From contig JAIXQO010000009.1 in assembly GCA_027485695.1 (NCBI GenBank), positions 73,157 through 137,156 of the forward strand: a DNA stretch of 64,000 nt, read 5' to 3'. Position 1 is the first letter of the stretch. The number at the start of each line of letters is the position of its first letter. Below are positions 1 through 12,945 of this stretch, piece by piece. The stretch comes from Pseudomonadota bacterium. GTDB taxonomy: Bacteria > Bdellovibrionota > UBA1018. The position numbers and the translations under genes were made by a program. The notes under the pieces were generated by a model. That model was not told where the DNA came from. It did no database searches and saw only the letters and a program-made list of their open reading frames with translations.

Positions 1-117
1 GCCGGTGGGAAAAACATCGCGTTCTTAGGAAACTTGGGTCGGTCGACCGGCCCGCACGCAAACTACGAAGTGCGCGCGAACGGAATTCCCGTGGATCCTC
101 TCATAGACATCCTCTAG
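1..117 (+). CDS. 3' end of an M23/LytM-family peptidase gene (partial, possibly degenerate)
   Basis: Frame 1 reads AGGKNIAFLGNLGRSTGPHANYEVRANGIPVDPLIDIL*. This matches the M23 C-terminal consensus GxTGRSTGPHLHYEVRxNGxPVDP, but HxH reads HAN. Confidence 0.75.
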   Translation, partial: AGGKNIAFLGNLGRSTGPHANYEVRANGIPVDPLIDIL

Positions 118-227
118 ACCTGAAAACCCAATGGGCATCTTCATCGAGGGATTACTCTCAGGCGCAGATTAAAAATTGGATCTCACCTCACTTTGAACAG
201 ATCCAACTTAACAAAGACCAAAAAACG

Positions 228-3200
228 TCAATGAAATTGCTCCAACTTTTCTACGATCACTTTTTCTATGTTTTTAATTCTTTGCTGCGACTTCTGAATT
301 TTCTCCTCTTCGATGAAAAGACGCTGCTGAAAACGATCTTTTTTACGAGAAATCTCGCCTCCACCATTCATTCGATCATCCTCCTCGATTGCTTGTTTCG
401 CCTCCGCGAGTGTCCCTAAACATTTCGGCAGTTGAGCCCGCGCTTCATCTAGACCCTTCTCCAGCTGAATGAGCTTCAGTCCTAGTTGCTCCATTTGACG
501 ATCAATGAATCGAGGTTCGGTCGCTAATGACAAGCGCGCCGATTCTAAAGTCTTGATCTCAAACTCCAATGCGTAGATCTTTTTATCTAATCGCTCTCGA
601 TTTGTTTTTTTTGCATTTGCTTCTTGCGTAAGCTTCTCCTTCTGAAGTCCGCTCAACGCTGAACGATCTCGCTCCATTCGGTTGTCGATGTTTTCAATCT
701 GCAGCTCCAAAGCCGATGAACGGAGTTCTTCTAACACCCGAATCTCTATTTGGGCGCGATGAATTTCTGCGATCGGCAAATCCTTCAAATTCAGGACTGT
801 GCGCGATTCCGCGCTGAATGAACGCTCATCACCGGTGGAGTGATATATCTGCTGCTCAACTACCGCTAATGCCTCCCGAGCGTTTTTGAGCTGACTCGCT
901 ACGAAATCGATCCTCTCGATGGTTGCCGCAATTTTAGACCTCGTCTTTTCATAGGTCGCTATTTTTTCTAACTCTTCTTTAATCAACTCGTAATATTCTG
1001 ACAGCTGAAACTCATTGCGTTTTTCGATTCGATCTCCGCTTATTGCAAAAACGTACCAGAGCTGTGACCCATGCTCTCGGTTCTTAGCATCCGTTGAGTA
1101 AAACTCCCCAATATGATCTCCATCACGAAAAACGTTCACACGAGCTTGCACACCGTCCGCCGTAAGTGACATTTCACCGGAATAGTTGTACACCATAAAC
1201 TTATAGTCCATGAAGGCTCTACCACTCGAGTCTGTTTCAATTATCGTCGTCTCTGGACCATAACTCGAAACATCATCGCGATCTAATTGGGCATGTAATG
1301 ACCGAGAGACTTCTCGACTACTGATCGTCTTGTAATTCAACAATAGTCTTTTTCCGAAGAGGTGAGAGTCCAGATCTCGCGGTGACTTGTCCCAGGTCAA
1401 AACCGTTACAATACGGCGATCTGAATACTTCTCCCTCAGTAGAATTAAGTCTTTCTGTACATCCTTTTCAAGAACCTGAATGATTGTTTTGTACGAAGAA
1501 AATTGATCTTTCTTGACCTCAACTTGGTATTTCCCCGGGGGTACATCCTCAAAATAGAAGTGACCAGAAGTAGTGAGCACCGTGCGGTCTTTTCCTCGGA
1601 AACGCATGGAAACCTCCGCATTGGAGATCCCTTCTCCATTTTGGCCATCAATGACCCTGCCAGAAACTCTTGCATAGCGAGAGTTCAGGAAAACATCTCG
1701 ATTCCTGTGATCGATATAGGGAATGATCGCATTTCCCGCTCCATCCAAGGGAGAAACATCTTTTTCTGCTCTACCAATAAGAGTCACGTCATCAATAGCT
1801 GCCCACTCTTGCTCGAACGGGAAATAGATCGATGCTGTATCGCTCCCTGGATCCACCGCGTGGGTATCAAAAACTCGAACTCGGTATTTTTTCCCCAGAT
1901 GACCACTCGGTATGGACCGGTCGATCCATGAGTATCGTCCACTTGAATCCGTAATCATTCTTTTTATCTCACCGAACTGATCGGAGATCTCGACCTGCAT
2001 CCCGCTCAATACACTCCCTGATCTCGCCGAGCGAACAACGCCACTCAACGAAGTCACCCGAGGAGAAAGCTTAAAATCTATATTTACGATATTCTGTACA
2101 GAGCTTCCTTCGAATGAGCTTCTCCAAAGCTGAACGAATTTCGGCGCTTGATCTACATAGGCTCGCGACTTAAAAGCGACGGCGAATTGATTCCATGTAT
2201 TCGGTACATTTTCGATCGAGTATTTTCCGTGCGAATCAGTTTTCGTCGTAAACTTCCTTGAAAACAAGCTTCCATCCGGAAGACTGAGACCGAGAGTGAT
2301 TTCGATCGGCTCAGAGACGATTGGAAGATTCGTTTTTTCGTTGTAGGCGGTTCCCATTACAGTCACCAAGATCGGGGAGAGCGAATGATCATATCCACTC
2401 ATGTCGCGACCTACTGACATTCGATTGAGCTCAATGACTGATGAATGAAAACGTGTTTTCTCCGCACGAATTTTAGCGCGCTTTTCAACCGACATCGGCA
2501 ATCCGGTCACCCGGTATTTCCCCTCTGAGTTAGTCGATTCTAAAACATTCCGGTAGACCTTGACGCTAGTCTCCAGCTTGACCGTCGCACCGGATATTGG
2601 AAAACCTGTGACTGCATCCACCACGCCACCCGAGATACTGCCAGCAACCACGGCATTAGCGAGGGATAGATTCGGAGCGCGTATTTGTTCCTGAGAATGA
2701 TTCTCAAAAGCAACGATAGACCCACGATAATTGATGGATTTTTTAACCCTAGAGCCGATCACACACGCTCCACGATTCGCAGTTATATTTTTCATGCCTC
2801 GATGAATTTCTGGAATCCAACGAAATTGCCCATAAGTTTTGCCGCTGTTTTTCAACGTAGCGAGGTATCGTGGAACGAGGCATGCGACCTGGCTAGACTT
2901 AAAGTCCTGAACGCTTCGAGCTGACTGATGATCGGGAGTCAGGAAACAGATCGAAATCCATTTCAAGTCTCTGGTATCGCACCCCCTTTCGACCTGATTC
3001 CGTATTTGGTCTTGGACGAGCTCAAAATCTTTGAATCCAATACTAAATGGGATTGTTTGGTCAATGTCTTCGAATATTTGATATCGAACGACCGAAAATG
3101 CGTTTTTCTCTACGAATTCGTAACGATCTAGTTCGGAACACAAAAGACCAGTCGCGCGACGATCAAATTTCTGTCGATTTTCATGCAATCTTTTGAAATT

Positions 3201-3566
3201 TGCATCCATTCTCACTTCTAATCGGTCGAGATACTGAGCGCGAGTCGCCGAATAGGTCTCCAGCAGTTGCTGAAACGCTCGATCTATTCTTCCGCTCTGT
3301 TCTAGAAAAGACCAGCCACTCGGTGCATATAACCCGCGAATTTGTGCTGCAAATGCGGACCTTAAATTTCGAAGAGCACCATCGGGCGGTGATGAAGTAT
3401 TCGCGCGCGCCTCCGCCAACTTTTTGCGACAAGCCGCCTCCGCCCGTTCTAATCCTGAATTCGCAAAGAGAGTCGTGCTCCAAAAAAATGAACTAAACAT
3501 CAAGAGCGCAATGCCGCTCAATGGATTCCAAAATCGCTTCTTCGGCGAATGCGTGCCCATACTCAT
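228..3566 (-). CDS. Large secreted multidomain protein: carboxypeptidase-regulatory/CnaB-like repeats, YfaP/DUF2135-like domain, C-terminal coiled coil
   Basis: 1112-aa ORF with a signal-peptide-like N-terminus, about four GxVxD...G..I..A.V repeats, the motif LTWDKSPRDLDSHL...DDVSSYGPET, and a heptad-rich E/K/L/R tail. Confidence 0.8.
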   Translation of the reverse strand: MSMGTHSPKKRFWNPLSGIALLMFSSFFWSTTLFANSGLERAEAACRKKLAEARANTSSPPDGALRNLRSAFAAQIRGLYAPSGWSFLEQSGRIDRAFQQLLETYSATRAQYLDRLEVRMDANFKRLHENRQKFDRRATGLLCSELDRYEFVEKNAFSVVRYQIFEDIDQTIPFSIGFKDFELVQDQIRNQVERGCDTRDLKWISICFLTPDHQSARSVQDFKSSQVACLVPRYLATLKNSGKTYGQFRWIPEIHRGMKNITANRGACVIGSRVKKSINYRGSIVAFENHSQEQIRAPNLSLANAVVAGSISGGVVDAVTGFPISGATVKLETSVKVYRNVLESTNSEGKYRVTGLPMSVEKRAKIRAEKTRFHSSVIELNRMSVGRDMSGYDHSLSPILVTVMGTAYNEKTNLPIVSEPIEITLGLSLPDGSLFSRKFTTKTDSHGKYSIENVPNTWNQFAVAFKSRAYVDQAPKFVQLWRSSFEGSSVQNIVNIDFKLSPRVTSLSGVVRSARSGSVLSGMQVEISDQFGEIKRMITDSSGRYSWIDRSIPSGHLGKKYRVRVFDTHAVDPGSDTASIYFPFEQEWAAIDDVTLIGRAEKDVSPLDGAGNAIIPYIDHRNRDVFLNSRYARVSGRVIDGQNGEGISNAEVSMRFRGKDRTVLTTSGHFYFEDVPPGKYQVEVKKDQFSSYKTIIQVLEKDVQKDLILLREKYSDRRIVTVLTWDKSPRDLDSHLFGKRLLLNYKTISSREVSRSLHAQLDRDDVSSYGPETTIIETDSSGRAFMDYKFMVYNYSGEMSLTADGVQARVNVFRDGDHIGEFYSTDAKNREHGSQLWYVFAISGDRIEKRNEFQLSEYYELIKEELEKIATYEKTRSKIAATIERIDFVASQLKNAREALAVVEQQIYHSTGDERSFSAESRTVLNLKDLPIAEIHRAQIEIRVLEELRSSALELQIENIDNRMERDRSALSGLQKEKLTQEANAKKTNRERLDKKIYALEFEIKTLESARLSLATEPRFIDRQMEQLGLKLIQLEKGLDEARAQLPKCLGTLAEAKQAIEEDDRMNGGGEISRKKDRFQQRLFIEEEKIQKSQQRIKNIEKVIVEKLEQFH

Positions 3567-3569
3567 GAT

Positions 3570-3974
3570 CTAGTGGGAGGCTTCAAGATACTTCTTGCAC
3601 TCGGCCATAGGGAGAGTCGGGCCGTTTAATTTGCCTGTCGTCATCAGAACCGCCCAACCATCCAGTTTCGGGACACAAGCAAAACCATTCCGCGAGGTAT
3701 CCACTGCATCTTGACACTCTTTGAGCGATGGAGCGGTTCCACGCGTTTCTCCCGTCGTCAGCACAACTCCTTGATCAGCATAGCCCGGAACACATGCAAA
3801 ACCATTTTTTGAGGCTTTGACCGCCGCCAGACAAATGTCCATCGACCAAGTCTCGGCAAACGCCCCGCTAGATGAAAGCAAAATCCCTTTGTTTCTCCCT
3901 TCGAAACAAATGAAATCCGCCTGTGCGAATACCGGAATTGAGATGAGAAAACAAATCGCCTTAAAACGTTTCAT
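3570..3974 (-). CDS. Small secreted Cys-repeat protein
   Basis: Signal peptide ending VFA-QA. Internal repeats C..AV..S.NGFACVP...VL.TTG. Ends 3 nt before the start of the large downstream gene. Confidence 0.75.
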   Translation of the reverse strand: MKRFKAICFLISIPVFAQADFICFEGRNKGILLSSSGAFAETWSMDICLAAVKASKNGFACVPGYADQGVVLTTGETRGTAPSLKECQDAVDTSRNGFACVPKLDGWAVLMTTGKLNGPTLPMAECKKYLEASH

Positions 3975-4522
3975 AATAGTCCCTTCTGAACGTGCAAACC
4001 ATCACGCAGTTGCAAAGCGCAGACGTAATGATCGAGGGAATGCTACCACACCTCCGTCAAGGCAATTGTGACAAGAAGGTGCCAAAACTAGTCACTCCAC
4101 GCCGTGGATCGATCAGTCGATCATCTGAGAATCCACAAGCAATCAGGATTGCCATTCACTCTTGCGAAAAACGAGCGAGAGAACACAACAGCCTTGATCT
4201 GCCAGGATCACCTTGGTTTTCCCGATCGAACGGATAGACGCATCGGCGAAAGGGCCTGCGGATAGCACTGACGACAACCGGGCCATTTTAGTAAACTTCA
4301 TAAAATGCTGATCTACTTTTCAACGAAGCATTGTGGCGATGCAATGTGAGGGGGCAATCACTGGGCTACGGATTTAAGAACAACTGTTTTCGTTCGAAAA
4401 AAAACTGGGAGAACAACTCACGCGCTTGTTTCGCAATCGACACAAACGCGGACGCAAACACTAACAGTATCCTAAAAAATTCCACATCATCGAACTCGAT
4501 CCCGGCGACTATACATAACTTC

Positions 4523-5317
4523 ATGAATAATCCCTCGTTCACTCTCCTCGTTTCCCTACTATCTTTGACGTCCTGCTGGAAACAGTACGACCTCCCCGCC
4601 CCGGCCTTGAACGAGGGCGAATGCTCGTATGAATCGAGCGGATTCTCAACTGAGGCCTCCGCTCGCGCAGAAGCCGAGCGAATCAGCAAAATCATCAACG
4701 GCGCAAGCATCGCGGGCGAAAAAACCTACGTCATCAGGTACGACGTTTGGGACAAATTACACGCCAAAAAAGGCCAAAAAGACCGCATCGAAGGTTACGC
4801 CTACCAGCTCCGATTCCGTTGCGGCGCATTGGCATTTAAGTACGAGAACCATTTTTATTCCTCTGAAGATGCCCGCAACTCCGCCTATCAACAGCAGAAA
4901 AATGCGATCACCGCAAACCCCCTCAATGTACTGATTCAGGACAGCAAGGACTCTACGAGCTCCGAATCCTGTGAAGTCTGCGAATATGAACGCTACAGAG
5001 ACGGGGAGGTCTATTTCATCGAAGAGCCCTGCAATTGTGTCACCACGTACTCGTATCACTACACGCTCGCCTGGGTGGAGAAAAACCCAAGTAACGCTCG
5101 TCAGGGTCTCGTGATCAACGAACTCCGGGCCTTGGGCATGCTCGCCGATCCATTCGGTCGCCAGTCGAACCGTAAGCTAAGTGATTCGCTCCGCGCCGGC
5201 CTCCGCGTCCTGCCTGAGAAATCGGACGAGTACCGCGCGTCCCGCGATACATTAAAACTCTTGGATCAAGCCGAGGCGCGCCCGATTCCGCAATTCCGTA
5301 AAGCCGTGAAAAAATAG
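4523..5317 (+). CDS. Hypothetical lipoprotein
   Basis: ATG at 4523 gives MNNPSFTLLVSLLSLTSC with a lipobox LTSC. The track start at 4331 is probably too long. Confidence 0.7.
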   Translation: MNNPSFTLLVSLLSLTSCWKQYDLPAPALNEGECSYESSGFSTEASARAEAERISKIINGASIAGEKTYVIRYDVWDKLHAKKGQKDRIEGYAYQLRFRCGALAFKYENHFYSSEDARNSAYQQQKNAITANPLNVLIQDSKDSTSSESCEVCEYERYRDGEVYFIEEPCNCVTTYSYHYTLAWVEKNPSNARQGLVINELRALGMLADPFGRQSNRKLSDSLRAGLRVLPEKSDEYRASRDTLKLLDQAEARPIPQFRKAVKK

Positions 5318-5462
5318 TCCCGGCTAATCCGCTAGTCCGTGAATTCCAGTGGCACAAATGATCCGAAAAAAACTGTTCACCTAAATGTTTTCAAAATTAG
5401 ATGATTCCAATCTCGACAAGTTGCACTCAGACAACCCTTCGAGATTGGAATCACTTTTAGAG

Positions 5463-5993
5463 CTACTTGAAACAGCGAACCGCGCTTTGCTCTTTGGGGT
5501 CAATACTATACAGATCGGTGACTCTTTTAGACCATGGCTCAAACACGTAGTGCCTAAAAGCTCGATTTGGATTCGAGGTCCCAGACCAAATCGAATGAAT
5601 ACCGCCGGTGAATCTTGTATCTGCCGAGGGCTGGTCGTAATAAAACAAGACCTGCTCACGGCCTCCACTCCGATGGTAAATAGGAGTCAAGTTACGATCC
5701 GCAATAGGTTCTGGATACAACGCCCGCGGATTGTAACGGTTGACTAACTCCTCGATGGTGGGCAGGCGCCGACCGAGAGACCTGCAGTATTCTTCGGCCT
5801 GCCTGTGGCTCATCAATCGTCCTGCCAGGGGGCCCAGTCGATCGACAGTTCCTAGCTCCTCAATTCTGAGGGTAGCGGCTTGGATGAGGGTGCGGCACTC
5901 AGCTACCGAGTTACAAACCTCAACGGCGTTCGCGCGGGCGGACGAAGTAATACTAAAAACAAGCATTGAAACATAGGCAACTGACTGTTTCAT
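5463..5993 (-). CDS. Secreted protein with DUF1566/FGE-like (C-type lectin fold) domain
   Basis: Signal peptide (SARA). Motif MSHRQAEEYCRSLGRRLPTIEEL ... IWSGT ... AVRC. Confidence 0.7.
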   Translation of the reverse strand: MKQSVAYVSMLVFSITSSARANAVEVCNSVAECRTLIQAATLRIEELGTVDRLGPLAGRLMSHRQAEEYCRSLGRRLPTIEELVNRYNPRALYPEPIADRNLTPIYHRSGGREQVLFYYDQPSADTRFTGGIHSIWSGTSNPNRAFRHYVFEPWSKRVTDLYSIDPKEQSAVRCFK

Positions 5994-6239
5994 GAAGCAA
6001 CCTTTCTAAATTCAGTAAAACGAAACTAGAAAGGTCTAGATAGCTATGATTTGAGAAAGAAAATAGAACAGTGTTCATTCCACCCATCAAAGCGTGGACA
6101 AACTGTCCGCGTGATTTACTATTTCCGCACGGTGAGTTCGCAAACTCCAGCATCAATAAGGATTGTTTGAAATCGTTATCGTAATGTCAGCGGAATATCA
6201 TTCACTTTTGAACAGCTTAATTGGGCAACTAGAAACTCG

Positions 6240-6686
6240 TTAACCCCGTGCGCCCCAGATCACTCGCGTCGATTCGGCACCGCGATCGCCGGCCTGGATC
6301 GCATTTCGAATCGCATTCCAGAATGCTTCCTGCCCCTGCTCCTCGACCTCGGAACATTTGTAAGCGGTCGTATCCTCGTAGTCCGTCCCAACATCCGTGT
6401 GCAGAGACGCATTGAACGTTTTTTGATTGAGTTCAAAACGAACTTTGGAATTTTTGTCCCATCCATTGAACACAGAAACGAGTCCACGGGTTCGTTCGTC
6501 GACGTAAACTTGCCTACTGACGAGTGCAAGACTCGAGAGAGCCTGATCGTCGTATTTTGCGATCGAGTACTCTTTTACGGTGATCAGCCTCGTGCCGAAG
6601 TGGATGCTCTTACACTCAACAACGGTGTCGGCAAAAGCGATGCTGGAGGAAAAAGAAGCCAGAACCCACAATAAAATTTGTCGCAT
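6240..6686 (-). CDS. Hypothetical secreted protein
   Basis: GAGGTG RBS before ATG 6686. Signal peptide MRQILLWVLASFSSSIAFA. Confidence 0.7.
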   Translation of the reverse strand: MRQILLWVLASFSSSIAFADTVVECKSIHFGTRLITVKEYSIAKYDDQALSSLALVSRQVYVDERTRGLVSVFNGWDKNSKVRFELNQKTFNASLHTDVGTDYEDTTAYKCSEVEEQGQEAFWNAIRNAIQAGDRGAESTRVIWGARG

Positions 6687-7019
6687 ATCACCTCTCAAAG
6701 TTTCACCTAGAGCAACCGCGAACCAAAAGGACCCACACGGTTTCTTTGTGATTTCGAACTGAAAGTCGTGGCATGAACTACCACGATCGAATCAGCCGAG
6801 TCAGTGATATAACGCACCAAATCATTACGTGAGCTCGGTTTTTGTACCACTCCACACTGCGGTCGACTGCAAACAAACACACCGATCACGGGTCCTTTTT
6901 CGAGGCTTCGATGAGGACTCGTATCCCTCTCGAAATAATTCAAAAAACTATCTCGGTTTTCCGCTAATCTACGGATTCCATTGGCAGAAATGACCCTAAA
7001 AGTCTAAACTCTGTCCATC

Positions 7020-9887
<2,868 letters not shown>

Positions 9888-9924
9888 ACTCCGGCACGAC
9901 TTCAAAAAAGGACGAGCTCAAGGA

Positions 9925-11130
9925 ATGAGCGATGACAAAAAGGATTTAACGAAACTTTCGGATCTCCCTCCACCCGAGGAAGAACCACGAAAAAAAGACG
10001 AAGATCCGTTTGCGGGCGTTGAACCCTTCTCGTTCGAGTCCGCACTCGCCGATCTTCCGCCACTCGACTCTGAAATCATGAAAGCCGCGCAAGGCGACGG
10101 CAGCGGCGCGGACCTCCCGCCGATGGATTCGTCGAATTTTCCAACGAACGAGCCGAGCGAGAAAACGAGCGTAGATTTCCCGACATCAGAACCATCCGCG
10201 CCGTCCGGCGGCTCTGATTTTGAACCGATGTTTCCAGTGAGTGCGTCGGACGCCGCTCCAGACTCCCCCCCGTCGGACTCTCCGCTGCCGAGCGCCGATT
10301 ACAATTCGGATATTTTCAAGTCATTCGATGCCCCGAGCACTCCATCCGCACCCGTGAGCGACGGAAACTCCGGACTCATCGTCAAGCCACTCGATCCATC
10401 GGCCGCGTCCACAGAAGCGCCCGTCAATGCCCCGGCCGTCGCCGCGATTCGAGATAGCTTGGACAAGATCAAGAATTACTCCGACCGCATGACTCCCACC
10501 GGAACGACTGTTCCGGCCGGTATCCCGTTCAGCCTCGTCATCGAAGGCGAGCTCAAGGTGCACGAAAAAGAGCGCCTACTTGAGATCATTTCTCGTGAAC
10601 AGCTCGGTGTTCGCGAAGTCGAAATCGAGCCGCAGCTCGCCGCAGGCAAAATCCTTATTCCTCGTGTCAGTGAATATGCGGGAGTGCTGATTGCTCAAGC
10701 ACTCAGAAACTCAAACGCCCGTATTCGCCTAGGCCCAACCGACCAGATTTTTCAATCCAAGGAACTCTCCGACGACGATAGCCTCCTATTCCCTCGCTCG
10801 CCAAACTACGTGCGCAAAGAAGAGAACCATACGCACGCAGCCGACGAGATGACCTTAACGAGCGCAAACGAGGTCCCCGGGCATCGCGTCGCCAAGGTGC
10901 TCGATACGTTTGAGGTCTCAACGAACCTTCGAGCACTGCACGTGCATTCCTCGAACTCGACATTTTTTCAAGAGAGTTTAGAAGGACTCAAGAAACAGCT
11001 CAGGCTTCGTGCTCATCACAAAGGCGCCGATGCACTCGTGCGGTTCAAGACGGAACTTTTTCCGCTCGACGATCAGAGTCAGTACAAGCTACTTGCGACG
11101 GCGGTTGCCGTAAAACTTCAAGTGAACTGA
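9925..11130 (+). CDS. Conserved hypothetical protein: acidic/Pro-rich disordered N-terminus, YbjQ-like C-terminal domain
   Basis: 401-aa ORF directly after secA with an RBS. The C-terminus LTSANEVPGHRV...LRLRAHHKGADALV resembles YbjQ-type domains. Confidence 0.75.
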   Translation: MSDDKKDLTKLSDLPPPEEEPRKKDEDPFAGVEPFSFESALADLPPLDSEIMKAAQGDGSGADLPPMDSSNFPTNEPSEKTSVDFPTSEPSAPSGGSDFEPMFPVSASDAAPDSPPSDSPLPSADYNSDIFKSFDAPSTPSAPVSDGNSGLIVKPLDPSAASTEAPVNAPAVAAIRDSLDKIKNYSDRMTPTGTTVPAGIPFSLVIEGELKVHEKERLLEIISREQLGVREVEIEPQLAAGKILIPRVSEYAGVLIAQALRNSNARIRLGPTDQIFQSKELSDDDSLLFPRSPNYVRKEENHTHAADEMTLTSANEVPGHRVAKVLDTFEVSTNLRALHVHSSNSTFFQESLEGLKKQLRLRAHHKGADALVRFKTELFPLDDQSQYKLLATAVAVKLQVN

Positions 11131-11209
11131 ATCTCAGGCACCCTCCATCACGACGCATCCGCGCGCTCAGTCAAAATGACAACGCGGCGCCTTTCGCCCC
11201 ATCTCCCAT

Positions 11210-11226
11210 TCGGCATCCGTCTTGCT
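11210..11226 (+). promoter_or_regulatory. Sigma-54-like -24/-12 promoter
   Basis: TCGGCATCCGTCTTGCT has GG-N10-GC spacing and lies about 60 nt upstream of the OmpA-family ATG. Confidence 0.5.
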
Positions 11227-11286
11227 TTATCTTCATTCATAGATCGAGTCTCGATGTTTCGACTCGCAATGAACAGGAGACCTGCC

Positions 11287-11913
11287 ATGAAAAATTCAAA
11301 TCTGATCTTGACGCTCGCATCTGTTTTGTCGCTCACTGCATTCGCTAACCACGAAGCCGGGCACGCTGAAACGATGTTTAAACAATCGCATGCCGAAGAC
11401 TCCCTCGGGAGAGAGACGCTCTCCGGAGGACTCATGCGCAACCACGAGTTCATTCAAGAAAACTGCGGTGTCGGTAGCTACCTATTCCGTCATGATGTGG
11501 GATGTTCCAAAACCACGGCGCGTCTCACGGACGAGACGCGATCACTCCAATCCTCGTCCCGCACGTTTGAAACCCAGCCCATCGCTATGGAAGACTCCGT
11601 CTATTTCTCCACGAACCAAGCGGAGGTCAAATCGGACCATCGCTCCCATCTCAACGATCTAGCGTCCTACTTGAAAGAAAATCCAAACGCTCGAGTGATC
11701 CTGAGCGGATACGCCGATGCGACGGGCACCGTACCTTACAACGAGCGGCTGGCCGCAAGGCGCGCGCGCGAGGTCCGAAGCTACCTCATCTCGGCAAACG
11801 TTCCCAGGTCTCAGATCTCAGTCGTGACTCCGAGTCAACCCGTGTCGGAAACTCCGAACAACTCGGCTGATCGCAAGGTCGAACTCCAAGTTGAATCGTT
11901 CCTTGCCGAGTAG
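11287..11913 (+). CDS. OmpA-family peptidoglycan-binding domain protein, secreted
   Basis: RBS AGGAG, signal peptide, VYFSTNQAEV...ILSGYADATG...YNERLAARRAREV...ADRKVE. Confidence 0.9.
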   Translation: MKNSNLILTLASVLSLTAFANHEAGHAETMFKQSHAEDSLGRETLSGGLMRNHEFIQENCGVGSYLFRHDVGCSKTTARLTDETRSLQSSSRTFETQPIAMEDSVYFSTNQAEVKSDHRSHLNDLASYLKENPNARVILSGYADATGTVPYNERLAARRAREVRSYLISANVPRSQISVVTPSQPVSETPNNSADRKVELQVESFLAE

Positions 11914-11934
11914 CTTTCACCCGAAACGTGAAAA

Positions 11935-12219
11935 TTAGAATCCCTCAGGCACCCGAGCGGGAGTGGTTTCCGATTCATCGGAATCCGCTCCCGTTGTTTT
12001 TTCCGGACTCGGCACCGGCTCTCGCACGACGGCGTCCATCATGCGTGTACCCGAGCACCCCGGAACGATTTCCTCCGCACACCACCCCTTGGCGGCATAG
12101 TGGGCGCAGCAATCGTCCGGTTGTTTTTGTTCATACTGAAACTCTGGCGTTGCGCACGCGGAGAGCGCAAAAAGCAGAAATACGAACGTCGCTTTTTTCC
12201 AGTCTGGGGTCCGGGTCAT
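11935..12219 (-). CDS. Small putative lipoprotein
   Basis: Lipobox FALSAC after a basic N-terminus. Cys-rich mature part. Confidence 0.55.
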   Translation of the reverse strand: MTRTPDWKKATFVFLLFALSACATPEFQYEQKQPDDCCAHYAAKGWCAEEIVPGCSGTRMMDAVVREPVPSPEKTTGADSDESETTPARVPEGF

Positions 12220-12306
12220 TTGTCTCTCAGACTAATCGATCTCGTCAAAATTTCGGAGTCACAAATTCGTATGAATAAAATCATCACTCACGATATTCTT
12301 TTGCCT

Positions 12307-12591
12307 ATGAAAATCACCGCACTTCTCTGCTGGGTCGTTTCCTTAGTCTTGTATCCAATGTCCGCGCGAACGGATGAGGGCGCGAAACCGGAGGATGGCA
12401 TCGCCACCTCGATCAAGAACTCCGCAAGTGATGTCGACCTCGCCACGCGCAAAGCCATTCGCTGGACGAAAAAACAAGGCCGCAAAGTCGTCGGCGAAGA
12501 CACCGCTACCAAACGAGCCCAAGACCAGGCCGCCGATGCCAAGGACGAAGCAAATAACGAGGCTCAAAAAGCCGAAAATCGCGCCAAATAG
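12307..12591 (+). CDS. Small secreted protein with CsbD/LEA-like Ala/Lys/Asp/Glu-rich helix
   Basis: MKITALLCWVVSLVLYPMSA signal-like start, then AQDQAADAKDEANNEAQKAENRAK. Confidence 0.6.
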   Translation: MKITALLCWVVSLVLYPMSARTDEGAKPEDGIATSIKNSASDVDLATRKAIRWTKKQGRKVVGEDTATKRAQDQAADAKDEANNEAQKAENRAK

Positions 12592-12717
12592 TCATTCGCT
12601 CACCGAGCAAGTTAGCCCAGGTACAATTCTCCTGTTGATTGCACGAGTTGTTGCACAAATTCTGGCATGCATCCTGAAAACTGGTGAGGAGATGCACCAG
12701 AGTTCTAGGAGGACACC

Positions 12718-12945
12718 ATGACTGAACCCGCGCATACCCCTACCCATCCCGATCGCAAGCGTCTCTTACCGAGAGACGACAACTGGAGTTTCGATGGAGA
12801 GTTCCATCGCTCGGCAAGTGAGCGCGAGTCCTCGCCGAACTTCGGTGTAGACACCTGGGGACCCAGAGCCACTTTTGATTTCCATTCCGTCACTGTAACA
12901 AACATCCGCAAGCGACACGGCCGTTCTCAAGAAATCTTGCAGTAA
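12718..12945 (+). CDS. Small hypothetical protein
   Basis: Strong RBS AGGAGG before the ATG. 75 aa. Confidence 0.5.
   Translation: MTEPAHTPTHPDRKRLLPRDDNWSFDGEFHRSASERESSPNFGVDTWGPRATFDFHSVTVTNIRKRHGRSQEILQ

Noticed and set aside
352-366. CTCGCCTCCACCATT resembling the tmRNA 3' end
   Set aside because: Only 12/15 identical and inside a coding region (GGGEI codons), so compatible with chance.
3990-4291. Possible decayed paralogue of the Cys-repeat gene (MKFTK...ILADQG)
   Set aside because: Similarity is limited to a few residues and is not convincing without an alignment.
6707-6943. 78-aa minus-strand ORF upstream of secA
   Set aside because: TTG start, no recognisable family, and it overlaps the likely secA/divergent promoter region. 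Cannot be supported.
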